NCBI GenBank assembly: GCA_030066785.1 | Contig: JASJAZ010000072.1 | Location: 1,066 to 65,065, forward strand | Direction of reading: 5' to 3' | Source of the DNA: Desulfobacterales bacterium | GTDB lineage: Bacteria; Desulfobacterota; Desulfobacteria; Desulfobacterales; JASJAZ01 | DNA: 64,000 bases | In this document: positions 28,811 to 38,482 of the stretch, piece by piece | Position numbering within the stretch: position 1 is the first letter of the stretch | Layout: each line of letters begins with the position of its first letter | Program-made: the position numbers and the translations under genes | Notes under the pieces: generated by a model | Databases searched by the model: none | What the model was told of the DNA's origin: nothing | What the model saw: the letters and a program-made list of their open reading frames with translations, nothing else

Positions 28811-29570
28811 TCATGTTGCCCGACCTGATAAGCAAACCGCTGACTGGCAGCAGCTTAACCTGGACCGGCTTGAAAAGTTGAATTCCAATGACATACAGGT
28901 TCTCGATGTTCAAGCTAATTTGCCGGAAGATTCATTCCGCATCTTTTATGATAATTCTCGAGAAATAGGGGCTCCAGACGAGTTTGTCAATCTGCAAGAC
29001 GATGCTCTGAATCAAGATCCCGATGCACTCCGGTCAACGGCGACGACTACCCCGCCAGGGGAAGTAGATGCTGAGATCGTGGAGGCCAAAAAAGGCATCG
29101 ATGAAGCCACCCATAAGTTGGAAATGATGCTGAATGCGATTGAATCTTACTGGGATCACCTAATTAATCATTATGAAGAGCAGCTTCTCAAACTCATTTG
29201 CCAAGTGGCCGAAACAATAATTTACACCCAAATCGGTTTAGACCGGGAAGTTGTAAAGCGCACAATCTTAAATGTGTTTAAAACAATACCGCAACCAACC
29301 AATGTCAGCATTCATATTCACCCGGATGATTATGAACAAATCGATACCGCCAAAGCTGAATTTTTTGAAAATATCCAAACCCTGAAGCAGGTATCGGTTG
29401 TATCCGATACCACCATCACACGAGGTGGCTGCAGGGTTATGTCGGATGTCGGCGCGGTCAATACCGACATCGAAGCAAGGCTAGAGGATGTCAAAAGCAG
29501 CTTAATGGAAGCCTGGGCGGCACACACCAATACAGAGGATGATCACCTAAGGCAGGCTTCTGATGCTTAA
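28803..29570 (+). CDS. fliH: flagellar assembly protein FliH
   Basis: C-terminal IHPDD...D..ITRGGC.V.SD.G.V; between fliG and fliI; TTG start. Confidence 0.85.
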   Translation: MSDHVARPDKQTADWQQLNLDRLEKLNSNDIQVLDVQANLPEDSFRIFYDNSREIGAPDEFVNLQDDALNQDPDALRSTATTTPPGEVDAEIVEAKKGIDEATHKLEMMLNAIESYWDHLINHYEEQLLKLICQVAETIIYTQIGLDREVVKRTILNVFKTIPQPTNVSIHIHPDDYEQIDTAKAEFFENIQTLKQVSVVSDTTITRGGCRVMSDVGAVNTDIEARLEDVKSSLMEAWAAHTNTEDDHLRQASDA

Positions 29571-30891
29571 CACATCACCGCGTATTGACTGGCAGCGCTA
29601 CCATCATGTTTTGGAGCAGTGCAGCGGATTTAGTTTAGAAGGCCGAATTGTTGAGGTAGTCGGTCTGATAGCCGAGGGCCATGGTCTTGGAATGAGCGTT
29701 GGCAGTCTTTGCAGCATTGAAAACGAAATGAACGAAGAAATAATGGCTGAGGTTGTTGGTTTCAAAGAGAATCGTGTGTTGCTAATGCCCTATGGTGATA
29801 ACCGCGGCATACGCCCTGGCAGCCGGATCCGTTTGATTCACCAAAATCCCCAAACCCCGGTCGGCAATGACTACCTGGGAAGAGTTCTGGATGGCCTTGG
29901 GCAACCGATTGACGGTTTAGGCTCAATTCAACCGTCAGCGCAATATCCGCTCTACGGCAAACCACTGAATCCTTTGGAACGTGAACCGATCAAGGAACTG
30001 ATGGATGTGGGCATTGCCGCCATCAACACCATGGTTTCGTTAGGCCAAGGCCAACGCGTTGCCATTTTGGCAGGCTCAGGGATCGGCAAAAGCATTTTAA
30101 TGGGAATGATGACACGTCATACTTCCGCTGATGTCATTGTGATTGGATTGATCGGTGAACGCGGACGGGAAGTTAAAGAATTTGTAAAGAATATTTTAGG
30201 CGCCGAAGGATTAAAACAATCTGTGGTTGTGGCCGCCACTTCCGATGCACCGCCGCTAGTCCGTATGCGGGGAGCCTATCTGGCAACTACCTTAGCGGAG
30301 TATTTCAGAGATCAAGGCCAAAATGTACTGTTGATTATTGATTCGATTACCCGGTTTGCCATGTCATCACGCGATGTTGGTCTAGCGGCCGGAGAACCCC
30401 CCACCAACCGTGGCTATACACCTTCTTTTTTTGCGAAATTGCCGGCTCTGTTGGAGCGTGCCGGCAATGTTCAGGGTAAAGGCAGTATTACCGGTATATA
30501 TACGGTATTGGTTGAGGGCGACGATATTAATGATCCGGTGGCGGACACGGTGCGATCCATCGTAGACGGGCATATTGTGCTGTCACGTAAGCTTGCCAAT
30601 CGTGGTCATTATCCCGCAGTGGATGTTTTAGATAGCGTCAGCCGCGTAATGCGCGATGTTGTTGATGAAGAACATTTAACGCTGTACCAAAAGGCGGTGG
30701 AGACGCTGGCCGCATATGCCGATGCCGAAGATATGATTACAATTGGCGCTTATGTGGATGGATCGGATTCCCGTATCGACACGGCCAAAGTGTTGGTTCC
30801 CAAAATCAATGCCTTTATGCAGCAGGAAATTGGCCGTAAAATTCCCTACGAACAGAGTTTGCAGCAGCTGCGCATAACACTCGGAGAATAG
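29563..30891 (+). CDS. fliI: flagellar export ATPase FliI
   Basis: AGSGIGKS, LIGERGREV, DSITRF, GEPP, DGHIVLSR. Confidence 0.96.
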   Translation: MLNTSPRIDWQRYHHVLEQCSGFSLEGRIVEVVGLIAEGHGLGMSVGSLCSIENEMNEEIMAEVVGFKENRVLLMPYGDNRGIRPGSRIRLIHQNPQTPVGNDYLGRVLDGLGQPIDGLGSIQPSAQYPLYGKPLNPLEREPIKELMDVGIAAINTMVSLGQGQRVAILAGSGIGKSILMGMMTRHTSADVIVIGLIGERGREVKEFVKNILGAEGLKQSVVVAATSDAPPLVRMRGAYLATTLAEYFRDQGQNVLLIIDSITRFAMSSRDVGLAAGEPPTNRGYTPSFFAKLPALLERAGNVQGKGSITGIYTVLVEGDDINDPVADTVRSIVDGHIVLSRKLANRGHYPAVDVLDSVSRVMRDVVDEEHLTLYQKAVETLAAYADAEDMITIGAYVDGSDSRIDTAKVLVPKINAFMQQEIGRKIPYEQSLQQLRITLGE

Positions 30892-30895
30892 CGCC

Positions 30896-31348
30896 ATGAA
30901 AAGATTCCGATTTAAATTAGAGCCGCTACTGCAGTTTCGACAGCATCTGGAAAAGAAACAACAGTTGGAGGTTGCGCGTGCCTATACAGCGGTTATTAAC
31001 TGTGAAAAATTAATTGAAAAATACCGACAGCAGGCGCGCGAAGCGACCCAGCAATTGGACAAAGAGATTGAAACCGGTATCGATGCCTCCCGCATTTTAA
31101 GATATCAATCTTTTTTAAGCGGATTGAATGCGGTCATGGATACCGAAGAGAATCGTCATAAGGGCCTGGTAGCCAAATTATCTGATGCGCAAGGGCAGCT
31201 AGCGCGGAAATCAAAAGCAAAAAAAATATTAGAAAATCTTAAAGATCGGCATCAAACAGGTTTTTATGCCGATCAGTTAAAAGCCGCGCAGAAAGAATAT
31301 GACGAAATGGCTTTGCTGAAAAAAAATAGTAAGGACGCATACCTATGA
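30896..31348 (+). CDS. fliJ: flagellar export protein FliJ
   Basis: MKRFRFKLEPLL, coiled coil, QKEYDE. Confidence 0.9.
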   Translation: MKRFRFKLEPLLQFRQHLEKKQQLEVARAYTAVINCEKLIEKYRQQAREATQQLDKEIETGIDASRILRYQSFLSGLNAVMDTEENRHKGLVAKLSDAQGQLARKSKAKKILENLKDRHQTGFYADQLKAAQKEYDEMALLKKNSKDAYL

Positions 31349-31998
31349 AGACAAAACGCCGTTCATACTTAAAAGCGATATTAATAGGATTTCTATTCGC
31401 TAAGATAGCCTTCACACTTTGTTATTTGGCTAGCGCCTATTCCATCACCGATTTTTTATTCCATAACAGTGAAGCGATAGCTCAGGATAAATCCCAAGTG
31501 TCAAAGGTTGATCAGAAGAATCAGTTGCCGCTAAAAACCTCCGCTGAAACTGATAAAGTTTATTCCAGTGAACTGAGCAGCAGGTTGTTTGCATTAGAAG
31601 AAAAGCGGCAACGTTTAAAGAAAGAAGAAAATCGATTAAACGCACAGCGCAAACAACTTGAGGAGCTTAAAAAAGAAATTGAACAAAAAATAGGAGAGTT
31701 AGCCCAAATCCAACAGCAGATTGAATCTACTCTGGAAAGGCGACAAGCCGCGCAGACCGAAGTTGAACAACGCCAAAAGTTAGCACAGGAAGCCAAAATT
31801 AAACGATTGGTGAAAGTTTACACCAGTATGAAACCCAAAACGGCGGCCGCCTTAATCGAAAAGATGGACATGGATGTGGTTTTAAAATTATTTGCGCGCA
31901 TGAAAGGCGAACAAATCGGCAGCATTCTTACCTATGTCAATCGTGATCGGGCGGCTAAAATATCCGAGCTGCTGGCTCCGAAATCAAGCGCCGGCTAA
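31345..31998 (+). CDS. MotE/FlbB/YlxF-like flagellar protein (coiled coil plus MgtE-N-like domain)
   Basis: N-terminal TM, coiled coil, LVKVYTSMKPKTAA, GSIL, AAKIS. Confidence 0.8.
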   Translation: MKTKRRSYLKAILIGFLFAKIAFTLCYLASAYSITDFLFHNSEAIAQDKSQVSKVDQKNQLPLKTSAETDKVYSSELSSRLFALEEKRQRLKKEENRLNAQRKQLEELKKEIEQKIGELAQIQQQIESTLERRQAAQTEVEQRQKLAQEAKIKRLVKVYTSMKPKTAAALIEKMDMDVVLKLFARMKGEQIGSILTYVNRDRAAKISELLAPKSSAG

Positions 31999-32385
31999 TT
32001 GCTTTTGACACCGTCTGGGTGCGTGTCATTCTAACTTAGACCCAGGGCCTGGATTCACCTTAAAAAACTTTTCAAAAAACCCATCGCATTGATAAAAATT
32101 TAATCCAGCCATCAATAGGCTGAAAAGGACTAGCCGACACGTCAATTATTCCATCAACCTAATCATATATAGGCGTTTCTCTGCCGCTCACCCTTTTAAG
32201 CGTAAAATGAGTTTCTTCATGCCCACTTTTCATCATTAATTGCTTTGACATGAATTGAATGTTTTTTTTCCACGATATCATTTCTCAGAGTCTGTTGCCA
32301 TCCGAATTGATCGTTGTTAATAGAATAGAATTTCTGGCACGGCATCCAATCCTATCGCACTATAATCGTTTTATCTGAGCCAACA

Positions 32386-32431
32386 GGGAAATATTTGCCG
32401 CTCACTTCTGTTTGGCAGGCAAATTTTTCTA
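32386..32431. promoter_or_regulatory. GGCAA-N4-TTGCC-type boxes upstream of the fliK sigma54 promoter
   Basis: GGGAAatatTTGCC 32386 and GGCAAatttTTCTA 32418; the first matches the reverse complement of the box at 36695 at 13 of 14 positions. Confidence 0.5.
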
Positions 32432-32518
32432 TCCATATCCTTTGGCGCAACGGCCGGTAAAATCGCACTCCTTCTTATAGTTCTGAAAATATTCATAAAA
32501 TTTACAATCATAAACACT

Positions 32519-32534
32519 TGGCATGTGTGTTGCT
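32519..32534 (+). promoter_or_regulatory. sigma54 promoter for fliK-flgD-flgE
   Basis: TGGCAT-gtgtg-TTGCT. Confidence 0.82.
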
Positions 32535-32614
32535 CAACAATGGGTCAATCAAATCCAGATGTATTCTTAAAAACGCTAAATTTCATACGGAAATTGCATT
32601 AGAGAGCAAGCATT

Positions 32615-34342
32615 ATGGGAGAAGCTAACTTAAAGGCCGCGCCGCAAATTACCAAATTAATGCAACATATCACGCGCGCCTCCAACAAAAGCGAGGCCTC
32701 TATTCAAGTTCGCGAACGTTTTCAAGCCATTATGCAGAGCCTAATCCGCCAAACAGATATGGGTTCTGAGAAAGCTTTTTTTAATACGGAAGATGTGAAC
32801 CGATTGAAAAAACTTGATGGCAATGTTTTGTTGCAACAGCTTCGCAAAACCCTCTTGCGGGGCGGCCGGCCTCTTGAAAAGCAGTTTATCGATTCAGAGC
32901 ATTTGTCACACCTTGCGGATCTGCTGACGGCTGCCGGAGTTAGTGCTCAAAATGCAAACCAGTTTATAAATTCTTTAAAAGCACGCGTTGGCAACCGTGC
33001 CCTGTCGCTTGCCACAATATTTAACGAACTGGCTAATTTAGAATCACTGCAATCTGTAAAAAATCCTGACATATTAATGGAATTGTCGGCACTACCCTAC
33101 ATGGAAACCATTTTACAGGGTTTAGGGCTTTCCCCGGAGCAGATATCGCAGGCATTTGATGGAGCGGTCGATCACACGGGTGGTATTGGGCTGAACCGGC
33201 TGATTGCCAATTTAAAGCAGATTGATGCGCGGAGCGTTGATTTATCGGATCCTGCCAAGCAAGCAATGTCTTCCCAAAAACTTGCTGAATTGCTGATGCG
33301 GGCCGACCTGCTAACCAGATCAGAAGGTATTGATGCCCAGAGTCCCTCCCACGTAGAGTTTGGCAAGGCAATGAATTCGTTGCTTTTTTCCGAGGAAACG
33401 ACAGGTTCCGCGGGCCGCCAAGACATTTTAACCTTGCCGCGCCTGATAGCCAAACTGGAAACAATGATGGTGACTCGTGCTCCACTTGGTGTCTCTGAAG
33501 AAACGATTGCTGAAAGAATAAACCTGTTCCTTGAAAAAATCACCATTCCCACCTCGAGTGATTCCCAATCATCCCAGCTGTCGACTAATCTGAAAAACCA
33601 GATTTTAAGGCTGCCACATGCTGATCGGAATAATGCCGCTAATTTTAGCCGACAAAACCAAACGCCAGATTTAAGTGCGAACAGGCAAGTTAAACTCGCA
33701 GCAAGATCCGCCAAGGCCACAGACGGTTTCAGCATGCAGCAATTGGCGGTGGGTGTTAGCAATGATGAAAGCTCATTTGGTTCTAAATTGGAAGCAAAAC
33801 AAGTTGAAGCGTTGCAGGATCGGTTGGCCTTACTAGGCGGCCAAGGAGATAAAAAAGTCACTTGGGAGTCGACAATAACAGCGCCCGCATCCAAGTCCGG
33901 AAGCGCAACCCTGCCAGCCTACGTGTTAAACCAAGTGGGTCGCCAGTTAATTCGTTCACATTTGGCCGGAGAAAATGAAATCCGTCTGCAGCTCAAGCCC
34001 CCTCAATTGGGTCGCTTGCAGATGTATATAGAGCGCGTTGAAGGTGTATTGAAGGTTGAAATAGCCTCGGAGCTGCAGGCCACTAGAGATCTACTGTTAG
34101 CCCACAGCCAGGAATTAAAAGCACTATTATCAGATCAGGGGCTACGTGTGGATCGAATCGATGTGAATCTCAACGATCAATTCGAACACGCCATGACATT
34201 TAATCGGCAGGAATCCAACCAATCAAGAGGTAGAAAAAATAAAAGCGCAGTCCCAAAAAACATGTCGGCGGCACCTTCAGCTAATACGGAAGCACAACCT
34301 CCAAAATTTGTAAGCGATGGTATGGTTGACTTGGTGGCTTGA
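32615..34342 (+). CDS. fliK: flagellar hook-length control protein FliK
   Basis: C-terminal IRLQLKPPQLGRL...LKALL..QGL.VDRIDV; precedes flgD. Confidence 0.9.
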   Translation: MGEANLKAAPQITKLMQHITRASNKSEASIQVRERFQAIMQSLIRQTDMGSEKAFFNTEDVNRLKKLDGNVLLQQLRKTLLRGGRPLEKQFIDSEHLSHLADLLTAAGVSAQNANQFINSLKARVGNRALSLATIFNELANLESLQSVKNPDILMELSALPYMETILQGLGLSPEQISQAFDGAVDHTGGIGLNRLIANLKQIDARSVDLSDPAKQAMSSQKLAELLMRADLLTRSEGIDAQSPSHVEFGKAMNSLLFSEETTGSAGRQDILTLPRLIAKLETMMVTRAPLGVSEETIAERINLFLEKITIPTSSDSQSSQLSTNLKNQILRLPHADRNNAANFSRQNQTPDLSANRQVKLAARSAKATDGFSMQQLAVGVSNDESSFGSKLEAKQVEALQDRLALLGGQGDKKVTWESTITAPASKSGSATLPAYVLNQVGRQLIRSHLAGENEIRLQLKPPQLGRLQMYIERVEGVLKVEIASELQATRDLLLAHSQELKALLSDQGLRVDRIDVNLNDQFEHAMTFNRQESNQSRGRKNKSAVPKNMSAAPSANTEAQPPKFVSDGMVDLVA

Positions 34343-34433
34343 CGCTAGCGGTATTTCAGTACTTATGACAAATCTCATATTATAGCGGTAGATCTGCAAA
34401 TAGACGCAACAATATAAAAGGAGCGAACACGCA

Positions 34434-35126
34434 ATGTCTTCAGAATCAATTATAAACAGGTATCAACCGGTAGACGACCTTTTCAAAGGTTACTCCCAGG
34501 AGGTTGGGAAAAAAGAAGATCCGTTAGGCCAGGAAGCCTTTCTAACAATGTTGGTAGCGCAACTTGAGCATCAGGACCCACTGAATCCGATGGATGGCAC
34601 CGACTTTACGGCCCAACTGGCACAATTTTCAAGCCTGGAACAATCTTTTAAAACTAACGACACACTGGAGGCTATTCTTGCTGCCGTTAATACCGGCAGC
34701 GAAGAAAATTTACTGGACTACATCGGTAAAAATATACGCAGTGAAGACAATGCGATTACGGTGAATAACGGTCAAGCGTCGCAAGGCTCATTCAGCCTCA
34801 ACGAATCTGCCGAGGTTGTGGTCTCTATTTACAGCCCGGACGGACGTGAGATTAAGCGCATATATCTCGGTCAACGCGATGCGGGAATGCATGAGATTAT
34901 ATGGAACGGTACCGATAGCCAGGGTACGCAGGTGGCCGATGGTTCCTATACATATGCAATTGCAGCTATCGGAGACGGAGGCAATTTGGTTCACAGTCGG
35001 CCTTCCATCACGGGTGAGGTGACCGGGGTTACTTATGAACACGGTGAGCCCTACCTATTGCTGGATCAACGATTGGTGCATCCGCAGACGATTACCAAGG
35101 TTTGGCAGGCAACAGAGGAGACTTAG
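34434..35126 (+). CDS. flgD: flagellar hook capping protein FlgD
   Basis: [33 protein letters not shown]. Confidence 0.95.
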   Translation: MSSESIINRYQPVDDLFKGYSQEVGKKEDPLGQEAFLTMLVAQLEHQDPLNPMDGTDFTAQLAQFSSLEQSFKTNDTLEAILAAVNTGSEENLLDYIGKNIRSEDNAITVNNGQASQGSFSLNESAEVVVSIYSPDGREIKRIYLGQRDAGMHEIIWNGTDSQGTQVADGSYTYAIAAIGDGGNLVHSRPSITGEVTGVTYEHGEPYLLLDQRLVHPQTITKVWQATEET

Positions 35127-35193
35127 CAATTCGCAACATCCAATATTAATGCAGAACAACTATTCATCAAATCAGTAGCAAAGGAGAAATAGC

Positions 35194-36597
35194 ATGTCAC
35201 TCACCAGTTCACTTTTTTCAGGTATTAGCGGTTTGGCCACGCTGGGAAACTCGATGCAAATTATCGGCGACAACATTGCCAATGTTAACACCGTGGGCTT
35301 CAAGGCCAGTTCCTATGCTTTTCAGGACCTTTTGTCCCAAGCGACGGCTACCCAATCGGGTACTTCTCAAATCGGCCGCGGAACTGCCTTGGCCGACATC
35401 TACTCGTCATTTGAACAGGGATCTTTTGAATCCACCGGCAATACTACCGACCTTGGCATCGGCGGCGCCGGTTTTTTTCAGTTGCGCGAGGGCGGCAGCA
35501 ACCGGCTGTTCTATACCCGGGCAGGCAATTTTCGTTTCGACCAAAACGGTTATCTCATCAATCCGGAAGGGTATGTGGTGCAAGGCTGGCAATTAGACGC
35601 CAATGCCAACGATGTTGGTTCGGTAACCGATATACAACTAGCGTCATTTACATCTCCGCCCGCAGCCAGTGACCATGTCACCGTTATTAGCAATCTCGAT
35701 TCGGACGCCATTAGTTTGACTGCTGATATCTCGGCATCATGGGATGGAGCAGCCAGCCCTTCCATTATAGGCAATAACTATGAATACCAATCGACTGTAA
35801 AAATATATGATTCTCTGGGAAGTACGCATGATATCACCATTTACTATGATAGGGCGGCCGGTCCATCAACCTGGGAATATATTATAACCTGTAATCCAGT
35901 CGAAGATAGTCGTGCAGGTTTTGGAGGGGGTAATCAATATGACGGCTTGTTGGCAAGGGGCACCATTGCCTTTTCGGATAGCTCGGGAACGATTACCCCG
36001 GCAGGGTTGACCATGCAAATTTGTGATGACCCTACCGCCCCGACCTGGCCGGCAGCCACCATGAACACCAATGGATATTTTACATTTCAGCCGGATTTCA
36101 TCGGCGGTGTGCCCCAGGATATTGAATTTGATCTTGGCACAAGGTGGGATGGTACTGCATTTGTTAACGAATCATTAACTTCCACCCAGTTTGCGCGTTC
36201 TTCCACCACCACCTTTCAATCGGCCAATGGTTATGGCGCCGGCGATTTCCAGGGTGTCGATGTAGATGTGGATGGTGTTATTACCGGCATCTATTCCAAT
36301 GGTCAATTGATTCCGTTGCATCGCGTCGCACTGGCGAAGTTTTTAAATCAACAGGAACTGCACAAAGAGGGTGGTAATCTGTACAGCGAAACCAACGATA
36401 GCGGACAAGCCATTACCAATCACCCAGGCACTAATGGCTTGGGAGACATTTCACCCAACTCATTGGAGCAGTCCAATGTCGATATCGCCAACGAATTTGT
36501 TAAAATGATTACCAGCCAAAGAGGTTTCCAGGCCAATTCTAAAATTATTACCACTGTCGATCAGATGCTGGCTGAGACAATTCAAATGAAGCGTTAG
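35194..36597 (+). CDS. flgE: flagellar hook protein FlgE
   Basis: GDNIANVNTVGFK, YTRAGNF, IYDSLGSTH, LEQSNVD, QRGFQANSK. Confidence 0.96.
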   Translation: MSLTSSLFSGISGLATLGNSMQIIGDNIANVNTVGFKASSYAFQDLLSQATATQSGTSQIGRGTALADIYSSFEQGSFESTGNTTDLGIGGAGFFQLREGGSNRLFYTRAGNFRFDQNGYLINPEGYVVQGWQLDANANDVGSVTDIQLASFTSPPAASDHVTVISNLDSDAISLTADISASWDGAASPSIIGNNYEYQSTVKIYDSLGSTHDITIYYDRAAGPSTWEYIITCNPVEDSRAGFGGGNQYDGLLARGTIAFSDSSGTITPAGLTMQICDDPTAPTWPAATMNTNGYFTFQPDFIGGVPQDIEFDLGTRWDGTAFVNESLTSTQFARSSTTTFQSANGYGAGDFQGVDVDVDGVITGIYSNGQLIPLHRVALAKFLNQQELHKEGGNLYSETNDSGQAITNHPGTNGLGDISPNSLEQSNVDIANEFVKMITSQRGFQANSKIITTVDQMLAETIQMKR

Positions 36598-36620
36598 AAG
36601 TCTAGTGTGAAAATGGCAAG

Positions 36621-36651
36621 GCGGTGGCAACTATTTAACAGTTGCCACCGC
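36621..36651 (+). terminator. stem-loop after flgE
   Basis: gcggtggcaact-atttaac-agttgccaccgc: perfect 12-bp stem, no long U tail. Confidence 0.55.
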
Positions 36652-36655
36652 GTTC

Positions 36656-36708
36656 GTCATGATTTTGACACACCTACCTGCGCGCAATGCGCATGGCAAC
36701 TATTTCCC
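36656..36708. promoter_or_regulatory. candidate enhancer boxes for the motA promoter
   Basis: GTCAtgatttTGAC 36656 and GGCAActatTTCCC 36695 (also GGCAActatTTAAC at 36626). Confidence 0.55.
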
Positions 36709-36787
36709 ATCCGGCTTGCCTAGTAAATCTATATCATAACAGTATGTTAGCGTCATATTGGTTCACCCTACGCATTAGTGGCCGAAT

Positions 36788-36803
36788 TGGCACAGAGGTT
36801 GCT
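36788..36803 (+). promoter_or_regulatory. sigma54 promoter for motA operon
   Basis: TGGCAC-agagg-TTGCT. Confidence 0.85.
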
Positions 36804-36884
36804 GTATCTGTTGGGTGTCAATCTGTCGGCAAGGACCTGCATGTAAACAATTCATCTTTCAAATTGTTTAAGAAGAGTTGATCT

Positions 36885-37649
36885 ATGGATATTGCAACTT
36901 TAGTCGGTATCATTTCAGCATTTGGGCTGGTTTTATCGGCCATCCTGATGGGCGGCGGTATTACGTTGTTTATCAATATTCCTTCAATGTTAATCGTTAT
37001 CGGCGGAACCTTGGGAACCACGATGATTAACTATCCGCTAAAAGATGTCTTGGGCGCAATAAGTGTTGTCAAAAATGTCTTTTTTACTAAAGGCATGGCG
37101 ATTGATGAAATCATCACGAAGTTTGTCGATTTCGGTGCTAAAGCCCGTCGGGAAGGCATCCTTGCTTTGGAGGCTGACGTAAACGATATTGATGATGAAT
37201 TTCTTAAAAAAGGATTACAGCTTTCAGTGGATGGACTGGAACCTCAAGCAATCCACGGGATTATGGATACGGAGATCGATGCACTCAGAGAGCGTCACCA
37301 ATTAGGTGCCGAAATTTTCACAACCATGGGAACTTTTGCACCGGCGCTTGGGATGATCGGGACCTTGATTGGCCTGGTTCAAATGCTGCAATCCATGGAT
37401 GATCCCAATTCTATCGGCCCAGCCATGGCGGTTGCACTTTTAACAACCTTTTATGGTTCCTTAATGGCCAATTTAGTTTGTATGCCGGTTGCCGGCAAAT
37501 TGCGGACACGCAGCAAAGAGGAAACGCTTTCCAAAGAGATGGTGATCGAAGGCATCATTTCCCTGACCAAAGGAGAAAATCCGAGAATTTTGGAGCAGAA
37601 AATGTTGGCCTTCATGCCACCCAAGTTACGACAAGCCGCATCAAAATAG
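36885..37649 (+). CDS. motA: flagellar stator A subunit (MotA/PomA type)
   Basis: ARREGILALE, APALGMIGTLIGL, MAVALLTTFYG, GENPR. Confidence 0.95.
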   Translation: MDIATLVGIISAFGLVLSAILMGGGITLFINIPSMLIVIGGTLGTTMINYPLKDVLGAISVVKNVFFTKGMAIDEIITKFVDFGAKARREGILALEADVNDIDDEFLKKGLQLSVDGLEPQAIHGIMDTEIDALRERHQLGAEIFTTMGTFAPALGMIGTLIGLVQMLQSMDDPNSIGPAMAVALLTTFYGSLMANLVCMPVAGKLRTRSKEETLSKEMVIEGIISLTKGENPRILEQKMLAFMPPKLRQAASK

Positions 37650-37708
37650 CATTATCAAGAGCCGAGACAGGGACTACTGCTTCAATTGATCAATGGTATT
37701 AAACGCTG

Positions 37709-38461
37709 ATGGCCGCCAAAGCAAAGCAAAAGGCAGCAGAAGAACCGAAATCAGATCTGATTCAGATCATGACAGTATCGTTGTTTATTATCCTGCTGGC
37801 CTTTTTTATTTTGTTGAATGCGTTTGCTACCATTGATGATATACGCCAGCGTGAAGTGTTGGGCTCCATCATGAAAAGTTTCGGCATTTTGTCAGGTGGA
37901 AGTTCGCTGATTGAAGGTCAAGGCGATACGATTGTGCCGCCGAAGTTGCAGCACTCCCCTGAAGATATCGATCTCTCTCATCTTTATAAATTGGACGATA
38001 ATCTGCTAGTCAACATTGATATGTTTGCCAATAATAATGGCAACGTGGTGCGGATTCCTGCCGATTTATTGTTTCAAGGCCATACTGCACGGCTGAAGAC
38101 CGCGGCCGAACCTTTGCTAATTGAATTGGGGCGTACGATTGCATCCAATCAGTATCCGGTGGAAATTAGTGGGCATTCGGATAATGCCTACCGAATTTCC
38201 GGAAAAAAGATTTCCAAACGAGAATTGACCAGCATGCGCGCCTATCAGGTGCTGGGATATCTGGTTGATAGAACCGATATTGCACCCAAACGATTAACCG
38301 CTTTTGGTTGGGGTGCGCAGCAACCGATTGTATCGAATCAAACCCCGGAGACCCGGGCGTTAAACAATCGGATTGAAATTCTTTTTGTTAACCAGAAAAC
38401 CGTTCGTAAACCTAAGGGGGTGTTTACCTTCAAAGACTTTTTCTTCAAAGTCTTTGAATAA
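37709..38461 (+). CDS. MotB-like OmpA-domain protein lacking the ion-binding Asp
   Basis: TM IMTVSLFIILLAFFILL, OmpA-like GHSD..RA..NNRIEI. Confidence 0.85.
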   Translation: MAAKAKQKAAEEPKSDLIQIMTVSLFIILLAFFILLNAFATIDDIRQREVLGSIMKSFGILSGGSSLIEGQGDTIVPPKLQHSPEDIDLSHLYKLDDNLLVNIDMFANNNGNVVRIPADLLFQGHTARLKTAAEPLLIELGRTIASNQYPVEISGHSDNAYRISGKKISKRELTSMRAYQVLGYLVDRTDIAPKRLTAFGWGAQQPIVSNQTPETRALNNRIEILFVNQKTVRKPKGVFTFKDFFFKVFE

Positions 38462-38482
38462 AACACCGCAATAACGAGTCAA

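Noticed and set aside
32335-32350. TGGCACG half-site in the fliK upstream region
   Set aside because: No -12 TTGC at the required spacing.
33172-33894. 240-aa minus-strand ORF
   Set aside because: Antisense shadow of fliK; Ser-rich with no domain.
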